Assembly: GCF_963676685.1 (NCBI RefSeq)
Contig: NC_092349.1
Span: 76,034,473 to 76,098,472 of the forward strand
DNA length: 64,000 nt
Source: Mytilus edulis
Lineage: Eukaryota
Reading direction: 5' to 3'
Shown here: positions 63,061-64,000 of the stretch, piece after piece
Layout: every line of letters begins with the position of its first letter
How positions within the stretch are numbered: the stretch's first letter is position 1
Position numbers and translations under genes: made by a program
Notes under the pieces: generated by a model
Seen by the model: only the letters and a program-made list of their open reading frames with translations
Databases searched by the model: none
Told to the model about the DNA's origin: nothing

Positions 63061-64000
63061 TGTTTTGGAGTAGAATGTAGAATAAACCCTAATACTTAGA
63101 ATTAAACATAATACTTTTTCCAATCGGAATAATTATTACATCAGATTTTTTCCATTTTTTTCATTTTAATGAATGATATTTCAAAATGATAAAAGTCAAA
63201 ATGTTATACCAGTCATAAGATAAAATTTCCACCATAATATTTATTCCAAAGATAATTTATTAGCCCCACAGGACGCAATTACGACTGGACACAATTACGA
63301 ACGATTTCCAATATTTGCCCTCTGAGATCATATTTATTTATATTTATCAATAAATGTTTTTATAAATAAAAACCCTATTAAAATTCCCTTGTTTTTGTGA
63401 TAATACAATTTATGTGCACTTGGTGAATGTTGATGACGATGACAAAATCATTCTGAAAATATTATAAGAACGGCAATCTGGCCAGCAAGTTATATAAAAA
63501 AAAACATAAAGGTAAGTGCATATTGCCTTCTTTTGTTAATATATAGAAAGAAAAATATCTCCTGATTCCGTCATATGCGTAATGCCTTTTATCTTGCCCA
63601 AATAACCCCACAATTGACGGTTTTCAGACTCTTGTGACCGTATTTATGGTCAAAAGAAAATATGTTAATTTTATTGAAAATTCCAGAGAACTCCGAAAGA
63701 AATGTTGACCTATATAAAAAAAATTCATAGATTAATGATAAGTACACCACCGAAATGGATAAACTTGAATTCAGGGCTCCTTTAAAGGAGGAACTTACAA
63801 AAAACAAAAAAAATCAGAAATCTTTCCTTTACACATGACCGACATTTCGTCTGCAACCACTGCGGAAGTAATTGAAGTAAAAAACAAACTTGTGCATCTT
63901 ATTTTCCTATGCAAATGTGTGTTGAGATAAAGATTAATGTATGCTTTATCAATCTAGACTGTTGTCATTGATTTCTCCTGCAAAATATATCAATATAGTG

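Noticed and set aside
1-64000. tRNA/rRNA genes and CRISPR arrays
   Set aside because: No cloverleaf-compatible A/B-box arrangement or rRNA-like conserved blocks recognised by eye. All regular repeats are satellites or microsatellites without spacer architecture. A proper tRNAscan/Infernal run was not possible.

Overview
The window is AT-rich eukaryotic DNA with the repeat landscape of a bivalve mollusc (possibly mussel-like; low confidence). Only a few real protein-coding signals stand out; the rest is non-LTR retrotransposon fragments, MITE- and SINE-like elements, satellites and microsatellites.

- Intact gene: a single-ORF 637-aa cGAS-like receptor (cGLR, a Mab-21-family nucleotidyltransferase) on the minus strand at 31894-33807. 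It carries the G-S...D-L-D and VMDTED acidic motifs and the WRISFS / SYFLKT..FW / YFIP Mab-21 signatures, followed by a roughly 250-aa C-terminal extension of unknown function.
- Disrupted paralog: a second cGLR about 75% identical sits at 5774-9445 (minus). It is broken three ways. A 5'-truncated LINE (7610-9400, plus strand, reverse-transcriptase domain with an FADD motif and a (TTTCATG)n tail) is inserted after codon 15. The start-codon stub MSHSKTESLRFYKYL is stranded at 9401-9445. A TGG-to-TAG nonsense change follows the CDQ motif and a frameshift lies near 6910. A long 378-aa C-terminal ORF is still open.
- Tandem duplication: a ~12.28-kb block containing most of this pseudogene and the LINE is present twice at >99.5% identity (unit A ~6255-18533, unit B ~18534-30808). 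The breakpoint lies inside the pseudogene, so copy B lacks its last ~160 codons.
- Shared 5' flank: both cGLR paralogs carry a homologous upstream region that contains a ~60-90-bp minisatellite.
- Other elements, first half of the window:
  - a 57-bp satellite in three arrays, with a small G/C-homopolymer hairpin insertion in one of them;
  - a cluster of three TGACGTCA (CRE-like) sites;
  - a palindromic AACGTT array at 35265-35510;
  - a 984-bp MITE (38055-39038) with an 8-bp target-site duplication (TSD) and a paralogous empty site at 45023-45030.
- Other elements, second half of the window:
  - two convergent LINE copies of a second family with (GTCTT)n tails;
  - a 96-bp MITE with an 8-bp TSD;
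  - a 2.1-kb foldback-like element with ~175-bp terminal inverted repeats (TIRs) and internal ~155-bp repeats;
  - a third LINE fragment at 61.5-63.1 kb.

No rRNA, tRNA, CRISPR or prokaryotic operon structure was seen. Nothing was computed beyond reading the sequence and the supplied ORF track; identities and family assignments are by eye.
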